Notes under the pieces: generated by a model
What the model was told of the DNA's origin: nothing
Seen by the model: only the letters and a program-made list of their open reading frames with translations
Database searches by the model: none
Shown here: piece after piece, positions 7,647 through 16,716 of the stretch
How positions within the stretch are numbered: position 1 is the stretch's first letter
How the letters are laid out: each line of letters starts with the position of its first letter
Source: Deltaproteobacteria bacterium GWA2_45_12
Lineage (GTDB): Bacteria > UBA10199
Length of the DNA: 64,000 bases
Direction: 5' to 3'
NCBI GenBank assembly: GCA_001797365.1
Contig: MGPH01000028.1
Coordinates: 5,687 to 69,686 of the forward strand
Program-made: the position numbers and the translations under genes

Positions 7647-10600
7647 ACATGGCCTCCCTTTCGGAAATTCCCAATTCCTTCATTTTTTTCCTGATTTCAA
7701 TGAGGGCCGTTTTGTAATCTCTTGGCATTACTTTTACAAATGAAGCCACTTCTTTATTGAAGTTGGCCAAAATTTTCTGAGCAGAAGTACTTTGCGTATA
7801 ATCAAAATGATTTTGAATAAGGTTTTTGAGGGTTAAAATATCATCCTCATCAACAACAGGGTCTAAATCCACCATGTCCGGATTGCAGTTTTGTTTGAAT
7901 GTCTTTTTTGGATCGTAAACATAAGCAACGCCTCCGCTCATGCCCGCAGCAAAATTGCGGCCGGTAGGTCCCAAAACAACCACGCGACCGCCGGTCATGT
8001 ATTCACAGGCATGGTCTCCCACGCCTTCAACCACGGTATGAGCCCCACTGTTACGAACACAAAAACGCTCCCCAGCCACCCCATAAAAATAGGCTTCTCC
8101 TTTGGTCGCTCCATAAAGGACTACATTACCTATGAGGATGTTCTTTTCAGGAACAAAAGGGGATTTTTTGGATGGGTAGATGATGATTTTTCCTCCAGAA
8201 AGCCCTTTACCAACATAATCATTGGCATCGCCTTCCAAGGTAAGAGTGATTCCGGAAGGGAGAAAAGCCCCAAAACTTTGACCAGCCGAACCATTAAACT
8301 TAATAGAGATGGTATCTTCCGGTAACCCATTACTTCCATGAAGACCTGTCAACTCACTTCCTAACATAGTGCCCGTGGTACGGTTGGTATTGTTGATGGG
8401 CATTTCAAAAGCCACTTTCTTCTTGTTTGACAGGGCCGCTCGCGATTTTTCAATTAAAACATTGTCCAAGACTTTGTTCATGCCATGATCTTGCCGGGTA
8501 ACACATCGGATAGCAACTTCAGGTCCAATCTTTTGCTTGTAGAAAATTGATGAAAAATCGAGTCCTTTAGCTTTCCAATGCTCAAGGGCACCATCAACAT
8601 CAAGCAGATCGCTTCTGCCAATCATTTCATTTAAGGTTCTAAACCCAAGTCCGGCCATGATTTCGCGCAATTCCTGGGCGACAAAATAGAAAAAATTCAC
8701 CACGTATTCAGGTTTTCCTGTAAATTTTTTGCGAAGCTCGGGGTTTTGGGTGGCCACACCAACGGGGCAGGTATCCAAGTGACAAACACGCATCATAATG
8801 CACCCCACCGTCACCAGCGGAGCTGTTGCAAATCCAAATTCTTCAGCCCCCAGAAGCGCCCCGATGGCCACATCGCGACCGGTTTTTAATTGGCCATCGA
8901 CTTCCACCCGGATGCGATCACGCAAATTGTTGCGAACTAGGGTTTGCTGGGTCTCAGCCAGGCCCAGTTCCCACGGTGTGCCCGCATGTTTAATGCTTGT
9001 TAAAGGAGAAGCCCCCGTTCCTCCGTCATAACCGGCGATAAGAACAAGGTCGGCGTGCGCTTTGGCCACACCGGCAGCCACCGTGCCCACGCCCACTTCG
9101 GAAACCAGTTTGACACTGACACCGGCCCTTGGATTAGAATTTTTTAAATCAAAAATAAGCTGGGCCAAATCCTCAATGGAATAAATATCGTGATGGGGTG
9201 GGGGAGAAATAAGCCCGACTCCAGGAGTTGAATAACGAACTTTTGCAATCCAAGGCCATACTTTTTTACCCGGAAGCTGACCGCCTTCGCCGGGTTTGGC
9301 TCCCTGGGCAATCTTAATCTGCAGCTCATCGGCATTGACTAGATATTCGCTTGTTACTCCAAAACGTCCAGAAGCCACCTGTTTAATGGCACTGCGCCGG
9401 AGATCACCATTGGCATCGGGTTTAAAGCGAGCAGGGTCCTCACCACCTTCCCCGGTATTTGATTTGCCGCCCATGCGGTTCATGGCGATGGCCAATGTTT
9501 CGTGGGCTTCTTTACTGATGGAACCATAGGACATGGCTCCTGTTTTGAAATGTTTGACGATACTTTCAACCGATTCAACTTGGTCTAAGGCAATGGGATT
9601 GGATTTCTTGAATTTAAAAAGCCCGCGTAAAGTACATAATTTTTTGGCCTGGTTATTAACCAGGGCGGCATATTCCTTGTACACGTCATAGCGGTTGGAC
9701 TTGGCGGCATATTGAAGCTTGGCCACGGTATCCGGATTTAACAAATGGGCTTCCCCGTCACGCCGCCATTGATAGCTTCCCCCCGGTTCAAGCATGGGGT
9801 CCTGTGAAAGGCGTTCGGGGAAGGCGCGACGATGGTTTATAAGCACTTCACGGCCTATTTCTTCCAACCCGATTCCTTCAATGCGGGAAGCTGTGTGGGT
9901 AAAATAGTCATCAATGACTTCCTTGTTTAATCCGATGGCTTCAAATATTTGGGCCCCGCGATAACTTTGAATTGTGGAAATGCCCATTTTGGACATCACC
10001 TTGACCAACCCTTTTTTGACCGCTTTTCGGAAATGGGCCACCGCTTTCTCGTGGGGCATTTCCAATGTTTTTTCACGAATAAGATCATCAAATGTTTCAA
10101 ACGCCAAATAGGGGTTGATCGCTCCGGCCCCGTAACCGACCAACAGACAGAAATGATGGGATTCGCGCGGTTCCCCTGTTTCCAGTACAAGGCCTGTTTT
10201 GGTTCGCTCGCCCTTACGCACAAGAAAATGATGCAATCCGGCTGTAGCCAAAAGGGATGGAATGGGAGCCAAGTCGTGACTCACACCACGGTCGGACAAA
10301 ATGATGATGTTGGCCCCTTGATGAATGGCTTGCAGGGCCTGTTTGAAAATATTCTGAAGACTTTTTTCCAGCCCTTTGACTCCTTCAGAGGCCGTAAACA
10401 GCATGGGAATGGTTTTTGACTTGAACCCCTGATGCTCATTGTCTTCAAGTTGTTTGAGGCGTGCCAGTTCGTCGTTGTCGATGATGGGATTGACCAGTTT
10501 TATTTGATGACAGCTTTGCTCGCCCGGATTGAGCAAATTACCCTCGGCCCCAATGCTTGTGTCCACCGAAGTGACCAATTCTTCACGGATGGCATCAAGG

Positions 10601-12213
10601 GGTGGGTTGGTGACCTGGGCAAAAAGTTGCTTAAAATAAGAAAACAGATTTTGGGGACGTTCGGACAAAACGGCCAAGGGAGCGTCATTCCCCATGGAAC
10701 CAATGGCTTCTTCGGCATTTTGCGCCATGGGCAGCATGAGAAGGCGGACATCTTCTTGGGAATATCCAAAAAGAATTTGGCGTTGGGTGATTCCTTTGTG
10801 GTTGGTTTCGGGCATGGTCTTGGCTTTGGGCAGATTTTCAAGAGGAATCAGATTGTTTTGAAGCCATGTTCCATAAGGGTTTTGGGAAACAAGCTTTGTT
10901 TTTAATTCTTCGTCGTCAATGATGCGGCCGGCTTGGATATCCACAAGAAACATGCGCCCTGGTTGTAAGCGACCTTTCAGGACAATATTTTCAGGGGGAA
11001 TATCAAGAACCCCCACTTCGGAAGCCATGATGACCAAATCATCTTTGGTGACATAATAGCGGGAAGGTCGCAGACCGTTACGATCTAAAATAGCCCCAAT
11101 CATTTTTCCGTCTGTAAAGGCAATCGAGGCAGGACCATCCCAGGGTTCCATCAGGCAGGAATGATATTCATAAAAATCTTTTTTGGCCTGACTCATGGTG
11201 GTATGCCCGCTCCAAGCTTCCGGGATCATCATCATGACAGCATGGGGCAGGCTATAGCCCCCCATCACCAACATCTCGAGGGCATTATCAAAACTAGCTG
11301 AGTCGGAACCGCCTTCCCGGATGACCGGCAACACCTTTTCAATTTCATTTCCAAAAAGGGGCGATTTAAAAAGCGCCTCACGGGCACGCATCCAGTTTAT
11401 GTTTCCGCGCAAAGTGTTGATTTCGCCGTTGTGACAGATGTAGCGAAAAGGGTGGGCCAACTCCCAATTGGGAAATGTATTTGTGCTGAAACGCGAATGA
11501 ACAATGGCCAAGGCCGATTTAAAATGAGGATCGGCAAGATCAGGAAAATAAGGGCCCAATTGGTTTGAAATGAGCATCCCCTTGTAAACAAGGGTGTGGT
11601 TTGAAAGGGAAGGAATATAAAAAGCCTTGGAATTTTTCAGCCCTGATTCTTTGATGGCACTTTCAAAAGTCTTGCGAATGATAAACAGGCGTCGTTCGAA
11701 AGCGACACTTTCTTCACCTGGAAGAAGAGGGCCTTTTTTCCCCATGCCCACAAAAACCTGCTTCATGTGGGGCATGGCTTCCAGGGCGGTTTTCCCAAGC
11801 ATGGTGGGATTTACGGGGACATCCCGCCAGCCAAGAATTTCCTGTTTTTGTTCTTTGATGATTTTTTCCAAAAGCTTCATGCCGGCGCTTTGCTGATGGG
11901 AATCTTGGGGCATGAAAACAAAGCCAACACCATAATGGCCTTCCGAGGGCAAAGAGATTTTAAGGTTTTTGGCCTCACGGTTTAAGAATTCGTGGGGGAG
12001 TTGAATGACAATGCCGGCCCCATCGCCTGTGTTTGTTTCGCAACCACAAGCCCCACGATGCTCAAGATTGCTTAAGGCCTGAAGGGCTTTTTGAATGATA
12101 TCGTGGGATTTTTTTCCCTTCATGTGGACGACAAAGCTCACCCCGCAAGCATCATGCTCAAAGGCAGGGGAATACAATCCCTCGGTGATATTGGGTTTTG
12201 AACTTGTCGCCAT
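7639..12213 (-). CDS. gltB: glutamate synthase large subunit GltB
   Basis: 1524 aa. N-terminal class-II amidotransferase domain (HDACGVSF), FMN and GXGXG domains. Confidence 0.95.
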   Translation of the reverse strand: MATSSKPNITEGLYSPAFEHDACGVSFVVHMKGKKSHDIIQKALQALSNLEHRGACGCETNTGDGAGIVIQLPHEFLNREAKNLKISLPSEGHYGVGFVFMPQDSHQQSAGMKLLEKIIKEQKQEILGWRDVPVNPTMLGKTALEAMPHMKQVFVGMGKKGPLLPGEESVAFERRLFIIRKTFESAIKESGLKNSKAFYIPSLSNHTLVYKGMLISNQLGPYFPDLADPHFKSALAIVHSRFSTNTFPNWELAHPFRYICHNGEINTLRGNINWMRAREALFKSPLFGNEIEKVLPVIREGGSDSASFDNALEMLVMGGYSLPHAVMMMIPEAWSGHTTMSQAKKDFYEYHSCLMEPWDGPASIAFTDGKMIGAILDRNGLRPSRYYVTKDDLVIMASEVGVLDIPPENIVLKGRLQPGRMFLVDIQAGRIIDDEELKTKLVSQNPYGTWLQNNLIPLENLPKAKTMPETNHKGITQRQILFGYSQEDVRLLMLPMAQNAEEAIGSMGNDAPLAVLSERPQNLFSYFKQLFAQVTNPPLDAIREELVTSVDTSIGAEGNLLNPGEQSCHQIKLVNPIIDNDELARLKQLEDNEHQGFKSKTIPMLFTASEGVKGLEKSLQNIFKQALQAIHQGANIIILSDRGVSHDLAPIPSLLATAGLHHFLVRKGERTKTGLVLETGEPRESHHFCLLVGYGAGAINPYLAFETFDDLIREKTLEMPHEKAVAHFRKAVKKGLVKVMSKMGISTIQSYRGAQIFEAIGLNKEVIDDYFTHTASRIEGIGLEEIGREVLINHRRAFPERLSQDPMLEPGGSYQWRRDGEAHLLNPDTVAKLQYAAKSNRYDVYKEYAALVNNQAKKLCTLRGLFKFKKSNPIALDQVESVESIVKHFKTGAMSYGSISKEAHETLAIAMNRMGGKSNTGEGGEDPARFKPDANGDLRRSAIKQVASGRFGVTSEYLVNADELQIKIAQGAKPGEGGQLPGKKVWPWIAKVRYSTPGVGLISPPPHHDIYSIEDLAQLIFDLKNSNPRAGVSVKLVSEVGVGTVAAGVAKAHADLVLIAGYDGGTGASPLTSIKHAGTPWELGLAETQQTLVRNNLRDRIRVEVDGQLKTGRDVAIGALLGAEEFGFATAPLVTVGCIMMRVCHLDTCPVGVATQNPELRKKFTGKPEYVVNFFYFVAQELREIMAGLGFRTLNEMIGRSDLLDVDGALEHWKAKGLDFSSIFYKQKIGPEVAIRCVTRQDHGMNKVLDNVLIEKSRAALSNKKKVAFEMPINNTNRTTGTMLGSELTGLHGSNGLPEDTISIKFNGSAGQSFGAFLPSGITLTLEGDANDYVGKGLSGGKIIIYPSKKSPFVPEKNILIGNVVLYGATKGEAYFYGVAGERFCVRNSGAHTVVEGVGDHACEYMTGGRVVVLGPTGRNFAAGMSGGVAYVYDPKKTFKQNCNPDMVDLDPVVDEDDILTLKNLIQNHFDYTQSTSAQKILANFNKEVASFVKVMPRDYKTALIEIRKKMKELGISEREAMYG

Positions 12214-12293
12214 AAGCTAAGAATTAATTAAAAATTCCCTTAAGAACCAAACGTGGCAAAGGGAGCCACTTATTTCTTAAAAAGGGAAGGATT

Positions 12294-13100
12294 TCAAGGC
12301 AATTTTTCAGATTTCTCCGTTTTTTTACGGTGCAATACCCAAAAAAGAGGAAGCGCGATCCAGGCAAGATCGGCCAAGGCCAGGAACCATTGGCGAAGGA
12401 AAAGAGTGATCAGCCAATTGAACGCAAAAATTCCGAAATATAAATAAACACCGTAGGGGCGCTGCTTGCTGCGCCCATCATACGGCAAATTGCGGGCGCA
12501 GCAAGCAGCGCCCCTACACAAAAGAATATTTATTCCCACAATCAAGAACGCCGTTAAAAACCAACCGGCAAAATTGAAGAAGGGGATGCCAAAATAAAAA
12601 CCGGGATGGGGGTAGTGGTAAATCTTTCCCAAAAACCATTGTTCTCCCATGTTGGATAAAGGATCGACAATGATATCGAGAATGGTGGTGAAAAGGGCGG
12701 CGAGGAGGGGAAGACGTAGCTCGTGAGTTCGTAAGCTCGTCGCTCGTCGCTCGTCATTCGGGGTCCCCGTATTACGAGCAACGAGCAACGAGCGACGAGC
12801 AACGAACTCCGCCACACTATACCCCGCAAAACAAAGAAAGACATAAGACATCGAATCCCAAACGGGGACACCCCAATTAAGCCATTCCCCTTGAAGGTTT
12901 TCATAAATATAAAAATACCATCCATAGGGAAAACCGGTTCGAATCGAAAGCCCTTCAGAAATCCATGCGATGAAATAACCGACAATCAAAAACTGAAACG
13001 TAAAACGCCACCCGTGACTGCGTATGGCAATGAAAAGATAAGTGAGTAAAAAAAGAGTGACATACCACCGGTGCGAGAATGTGTAGAAAAGAATATCCAT
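12294..13100 (-). CDS. polytopic membrane protein (DUF422/carotenoid-associated-like?) carrying two in-frame palindromic insertions
   Basis: Multiple TM helices on both sides of the insertions. The insertions encode VAEFVARRSLLVARNTGTPNDERRATSLRTHELR and [25 protein letters not shown]. Confidence 0.55.
   Translation of the reverse strand: MDILFYTFSHRWYVTLFLLTYLFIAIRSHGWRFTFQFLIVGYFIAWISEGLSIRTGFPYGWYFYIYENLQGEWLNWGVPVWDSMSYVFLCFAGYSVAEFVARRSLLVARNTGTPNDERRATSLRTHELRLPLLAALFTTILDIIVDPLSNMGEQWFLGKIYHYPHPGFYFGIPFFNFAGWFLTAFLIVGINILLCRGAACCARNLPYDGRSKQRPYGVYLYFGIFAFNWLITLFLRQWFLALADLAWIALPLFWVLHRKKTEKSEKLP
12453..12517. repeat. Family-1 inverted pair gtaggggcgctgcttgctgcgccc ... gggcgcagcaagcagcgcccctac
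   Basis: 24 bp arms around a 17 nt spacer. Lies inside the 12294..13100 coding frame. Confidence 0.85.
12725..12808. repeat. long imperfect palindrome centred on ggggtcccc with gctcgtc/gacgagc heptad arms
   Basis: Sequence gctcgtcgctcgtcgctcgtcattcggggtccccgtattacgagcaacgagcaacgagcgacgagc. Lies in-frame in the membrane protein. Confidence 0.75.
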
Positions 13101-13102
13101 TT

Positions 13103-13168
13103 TGTAGGGGCGCCGCTTGCCGCGCCCATTATTGGAAAAACATTAGGGCGCGGCAAGCAGCGCCCCTA
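13103..13168. repeat. Family-1 inverted pair gtaggggcgccgcttgccgcgccc ... gggcgcggcaagcagcgcccctac
   Basis: Lies between the membrane protein start and the epimerase 3' end. Supplies the last 8 codons and the stop of the epimerase. Confidence 0.85.
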
Positions 13169-14162
13169 CGGTATATTGTTTCACCTGAATTTTTAGGGCC
13201 TCATCAATGGAATGACAGGAAAACCCCAATTCGTTTTTAGCCTTGGTGGTATCCATATAAAAAGGAATCCTGACAGAACGTATTCCTTCAAGAGTTCCCA
13301 AGGGAGTGTTGCCGGTAAATAAAGCCAGTTTTTCCATAAGTCCACTTGTAAGGCAGGCCAACCCATACGGAATTTTAAAACCCAATCTGGCTTGATGGGA
13401 ATTGGCCGCCACTTTCTTGTAAAAGATTTCAAAGCTTAGATTGGGGCCCCCCAAGATATACCGATGGCCCCTTAACCCGTCTTGCATGGCTTGAAGATGA
13501 CCTTTCACCAAGCTGCGCACATCCACCATGTTAAACCCGGTGGGGTAATAAAAACGCCCCATTTTTTTTTGAAGAATCATCCGGATGAGAAATCCCACAG
13601 GGCTTGGCAAAAAATCTCCGGGGCCCACGGGCATGGTGGGGTTTACAATGACGGCATGACGTTTCTGGGCATATTCCAAAACTATTTTTTCTGCGGCAAT
13701 TTTGCTTCGGGTATAAGGGCCGGGAGCATTGCTTTCTTCCAGAAGATGGTTTTCGGAAGCAGTGGGGTTTTGGTTGGTTCTTTTCAGAACTTCAGAAGAG
13801 CTTGTATGAACCAAGCCTTCAACATGATGTTTTAAGCAGGCATCACAGACATGTTGGGTCCCCTTGATGTTGATTTCTTCATGGTCTTTTCTTCGTTTTG
13901 TCCCCAAATGACTCAAGGCTGCCAAATGAAAAACATGGGAGGCTCCGGAAACAGCCTTGGACACATCGTTTTTGTTTCGAATGTCCCCCAAAAAAATTTC
14001 CAGACGATTACTTGCCAAAATAGGGTTTCCATTTTCAGGGTGGCGTAAAGGATCCGAGGGCAACATAAAAGCCCTAATGCGACTTTGGGTTGATTTGAGA
14101 AGATGAAGAATGAGATTGGAGCCGATAAAACCGCTGGCCCCCGTGACAAGGATGAGTTTCAT
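13143..14162 (-). CDS. NAD-dependent epimerase/dehydratase (3-beta-HSD / HpnA-like sugar epimerase family)
   Basis: MKLILVTGASGFIGSNLILHLL Rossmann start and the YxxxK region. Start ATG 14160-14162 overlaps the upstream stop (ATGA coupling). Confidence 0.8.
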   Translation of the reverse strand: MKLILVTGASGFIGSNLILHLLKSTQSRIRAFMLPSDPLRHPENGNPILASNRLEIFLGDIRNKNDVSKAVSGASHVFHLAALSHLGTKRRKDHEEINIKGTQHVCDACLKHHVEGLVHTSSSEVLKRTNQNPTASENHLLEESNAPGPYTRSKIAAEKIVLEYAQKRHAVIVNPTMPVGPGDFLPSPVGFLIRMILQKKMGRFYYPTGFNMVDVRSLVKGHLQAMQDGLRGHRYILGGPNLSFEIFYKKVAANSHQARLGFKIPYGLACLTSGLMEKLALFTGNTPLGTLEGIRSVRIPFYMDTTKAKNELGFSCHSIDEALKIQVKQYTVGALLAAP

Positions 14163-15187
14163 GATTTTTCTTCTTCGTAGCTGGCACGGATCATCTTGAT
14201 GAAAACCTGAAGAAGGGCCGGGTCCCACTGTCCCGAGCTTAATTCTCTTTCAAAGATGGCGGCTGATTGAATGGGAGAAATGCCCTTGCGATAGGGGCGG
14301 TTGGAGGTCATGGCGTCAAAGGCATCGGTAATGGCACAAATGCGGGCGCCCAGAAAAATCTCTTCGCCTTTTTGGCCGTCAGGGTCTCCCTTGCCATCCC
14401 AACGTTCATGGTGGTTGCGAATGATGGGAAGCAGGGTTTTAAATGATTTGAGATTTTTGCAGATTTCGTAGCCGCGGGTGGGGTGTGTGCGGATATGCGC
14501 AATTTCTTCCTGGGTCAGTTTGGTTTCTTTATTCAGGATGGCTTCCTTGACTCCCACTTTTCCGATATCGTGCAATAAGGCACCGCGTTTTAAGTCTTCC
14601 AACTCTTGTTCGGCCAAGCCCAGTTGTTTCCCCAAGAGGACGGAATATTTTGAAACGCGTTCCGAATGGCCGCGCGTATACACATCTTTGGCTTCCAAAG
14701 CGTCTGCCAATGTAAAAACAACCGACTCGCAACTATCCAGTTCATTATAAAGTTGCTTTACACGAATAAGCGACTTAACCCGGCTGATGAGTTCCAGCTT
14801 GTTATAGGGTTTCATCAAAAAATCATCCGAACCAAGTTCAATGGCCTTGATTTTGTCATCAATTTCCTTGAGGGCTGTCACAATAATGATGGGGATAAAT
14901 TGGGTTTCGGGGTTACTTTTCAGAAGCCGGCATACCTCATAGCCGCTCATGCGCGGCATCATTAAATCCAATAGAATTATGTCGGGAGGATCTTTTTTGA
15001 CACATTCCAAGGCATCTTCCCCGCCATAGCACTTGGTGATGGCATAGTTAAAAGGTTTAAGCTGCACGGAGATAAGTTCAACATTGGTGGGATTATCGTC
15101 CACAACCAGCACTTTGGGCCGATTATCTGTTGATTTATTAAGGAGGGGAACATCGATGCTGGCAGGGTTTTGCATAAGTTCAGGCAT
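14159..15187 (-). CDS. response regulator with HD-GYP-type phosphohydrolase domain
   Basis: N-terminal receiver (VLVVDDNPTNVEL.., DLMMP). C-terminal HD domain (HDIGKVGV; HHERWDGKGDPDG). Confidence 0.85.
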   Translation of the reverse strand: MPELMQNPASIDVPLLNKSTDNRPKVLVVDDNPTNVELISVQLKPFNYAITKCYGGEDALECVKKDPPDIILLDLMMPRMSGYEVCRLLKSNPETQFIPIIIVTALKEIDDKIKAIELGSDDFLMKPYNKLELISRVKSLIRVKQLYNELDSCESVVFTLADALEAKDVYTRGHSERVSKYSVLLGKQLGLAEQELEDLKRGALLHDIGKVGVKEAILNKETKLTQEEIAHIRTHPTRGYEICKNLKSFKTLLPIIRNHHERWDGKGDPDGQKGEEIFLGARICAITDAFDAMTSNRPYRKGISPIQSAAIFERELSSGQWDPALLQVFIKMIRASYEEEKS

Positions 15188-15238
15188 TTTAGAAGATTCA
15201 AGCTTGAACTAAAAGGCTTTTTTTTGTAAGAAGGGGGC

Positions 15239-15571
15239 ATGTTTAAGCTTATCAAGTTTGTTTTTTGGGTTTGTGCTGTCATTATCCTTGCTTACTTCAT
15301 GACGGATATTCGTATTGGAGGTAAAACAATCAAGGAAAATGTGGATGAGTTTTTCAAATCTCCCCAGGGGGAAGGTTTGAGTGAAAAAGCCAAAACCTGG
15401 GTGGAGGAGAAAATAGAATTTGTCTTTGGAAACATGACGAAGGGGAAGGTGATGCAAACCATTGAAGAACACCAAGACATTTTGGATGAACCGAAAAAAA
15501 AATCCCCCGAGGAGATCGAACAAGATGACCGAAGCAAGCTTAAAGATATTTTTCGTGAGAATACCAAATGA
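15239..15571 (+). CDS. hypothetical N-terminally membrane-anchored charged protein
   Basis: One N-terminal TM helix followed by a K/E-rich soluble part. Confidence 0.45.
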   Translation: MFKLIKFVFWVCAVIILAYFMTDIRIGGKTIKENVDEFFKSPQGEGLSEKAKTWVEEKIEFVFGNMTKGKVMQTIEEHQDILDEPKKKSPEEIEQDDRSKLKDIFRENTK

Positions 15572-15576
15572 AGCTT

Positions 15577-15687
15577 CCCGCGGCAAGCTGCGGGGTATCA
15601 AAGCGGAATTGCGCCATAGCCAACCCGCCTTCGCTACAGCTTCGGCGCGGTTCGCATCTTTTGGAAACCCTGCAGCAAGCTGCGGGG
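15577..15687 (+). promoter_or_regulatory. structured leader: two related hairpins (cccgcggcaagctgcgggg; ccctgcagcaagctgcgggg) containing direct repeat gcaagctgcggggtat
   Basis: Lies between the stop at 15571 and the RBS aaaggag at 15709. Confidence 0.4.
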
Positions 15688-15721
15688 TATTGGCGGAGGC
15701 GAATAACAAAGGAGATAAAAA

Positions 15722-15976
15722 ATGACTGAAGTTCAATCATGTAAAGTAGACAAATGCAAACGTACCTACCGTGCCAAGGGTTACTGCGATACACATTTTA
15801 AAAAATGGCGCCGCGGTGAATTAGCTAAGGCTCCCTATAAAACCTGCAATCAGGAAAATTGTCGAAAGAAACAGCATTTAAAAGGTTTGTGCCAAGATCA
15901 TTTTAATGCGGCGTACAAAAAAGAGGTCGGTGCCCCTGCGGTGGCTGAAGCGGCCCCAAGCGCCCCTGCTTCTTAA
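15722..15976 (+). CDS. small tandem zinc-ribbon-like protein (2x C-x4-C-x9-GxC-x2-HF)
   Basis: CKVDKCKRTYRAKGYCDTHF and CNQENCRKKQHLKGLCQDHF repeats. Ala/Pro-rich tail. Confidence 0.5.
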   Translation: MTEVQSCKVDKCKRTYRAKGYCDTHFKKWRRGELAKAPYKTCNQENCRKKQHLKGLCQDHFNAAYKKEVGAPAVAEAAPSAPAS

Positions 15977-15990
15977 ATTTTAAGAAGTGG

Positions 15991-16326
15991 ATGTCTTTTA
16001 AAAAACAGAAAATATTTTTTTTAGTTCTTGTTTTTTTGTCTGTCACTTCCGTGGCCGAAGCTTTTTGTCCAAGGAATACCCCTTCCCGTGTCGCCAATAA
16101 ATTTGAAAGACATTACGATACCGACGGAGATGGTTGCCTTAATTTTGCAGAAAGGGGACGTTACAGAACGCACCAGATTTTAGGTTGGGAATTGGCCGAC
16201 ACCAAAAAGAAAAAGAAGCATGATCTTAACAAAGACATGATGCTTAACCCGTACGAATGGCAAAAATATCAGGAAGACTTAAAGAACGATCCCAAAGTAA
16301 ACCTGCTGCCACTGTTGCTACTTTGA
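15991..16326 (+). CDS. small secreted EF-hand calcium-binding protein
   Basis: Signal peptide followed by the canonical 12-residue EF loop DTDGDGCLNFAE. Confidence 0.55.
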   Translation: MSFKKQKIFFLVLVFLSVTSVAEAFCPRNTPSRVANKFERHYDTDGDGCLNFAERGRYRTHQILGWELADTKKKKKHDLNKDMMLNPYEWQKYQEDLKNDPKVNLLPLLLL

Positions 16327-16363
16327 CTATTAATGACAGATCCGGGAACAAATCCCCCTTAAT

Positions 16364-16425
16364 CCCCCTTTTTTAAAGGGGGAGAAAACATGGGGCCCGT
16401 ATCGTCCCCCTTTAAAAAAGGGGGA
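16364..16425. repeat. pair of C5-T/A-G5 hairpins (ccccctttttt aaaggggg; tcccccttt aaaaaaggggga)
   Basis: Mirror arrangement between the EF-hand gene and tRNA-Pro. Confidence 0.5.
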
Positions 16426-16520
16426 TTCCAGGGGGATTTTACCCGAATCCATACCTTTTGCTTGACGAAAGAGAGCCTCATCCGTTATCTGTTTCCCCCC
16501 TTTGTTTTTGATTTTTTTTG

Positions 16521-16595
16521 CGGGGCGTAGCGCAGCCCGGCTAGCGCACTCCCTTGGGGTGGGAGTGGTCGCAGGTTCAAATCCTGTCGCCCCGA
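16521..16595 (+). tRNA. tRNA-Pro(GGG): tRNA-Pro (anticodon GGG)
   Basis: Acceptor stem CGGGGCG/CGCCCCG, anticodon stem CTCCC/GGGAG with loop TTGGGGT, and a TTCAAAT T-loop. No encoded CCA. Confidence 0.85.
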
Positions 16596-16600
16596 CATTT

Positions 16601-16676
16601 GAGTGGTCGTCCGCCGAAGGCGGATCGCCCCGACATTTGAGTGGTCGTCCGCCGAAGGCGGATCGCCCCGACATTT
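16601..16676 (+). repeat. two tandem 38-nt degenerate copies of the tRNA-Pro 3' half
   Basis: Unit gagtggtcgtccgccgaaggcggatcgccccgacattt. It matches tRNA 16563-16600 except that the T-arm (caggttcaaatcctg) is replaced by the hairpin tccgccgaaggcgga. Confidence 0.85.
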
Positions 16677-16705
16677 TGTAGGGACCCCGTAACGCGGGGT
16701 CCCTA
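16677..16705. repeat. palindrome gtagggaccccgtaacgcggggtccctac
   Basis: Variant of the gtagggg...cccctac family. Directly upstream of recG. Confidence 0.7.
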
Positions 16706-16716
16706 CATTCAATCCC

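Noticed and set aside
12554-12985. 143 aa minus-strand ORF inside the membrane protein gene as an alternative gene.
   Set aside because: It is in a different frame of the same strand region. The 12294..13100 frame gives consistent TM helices across the whole length, and the alternative lacks any features.
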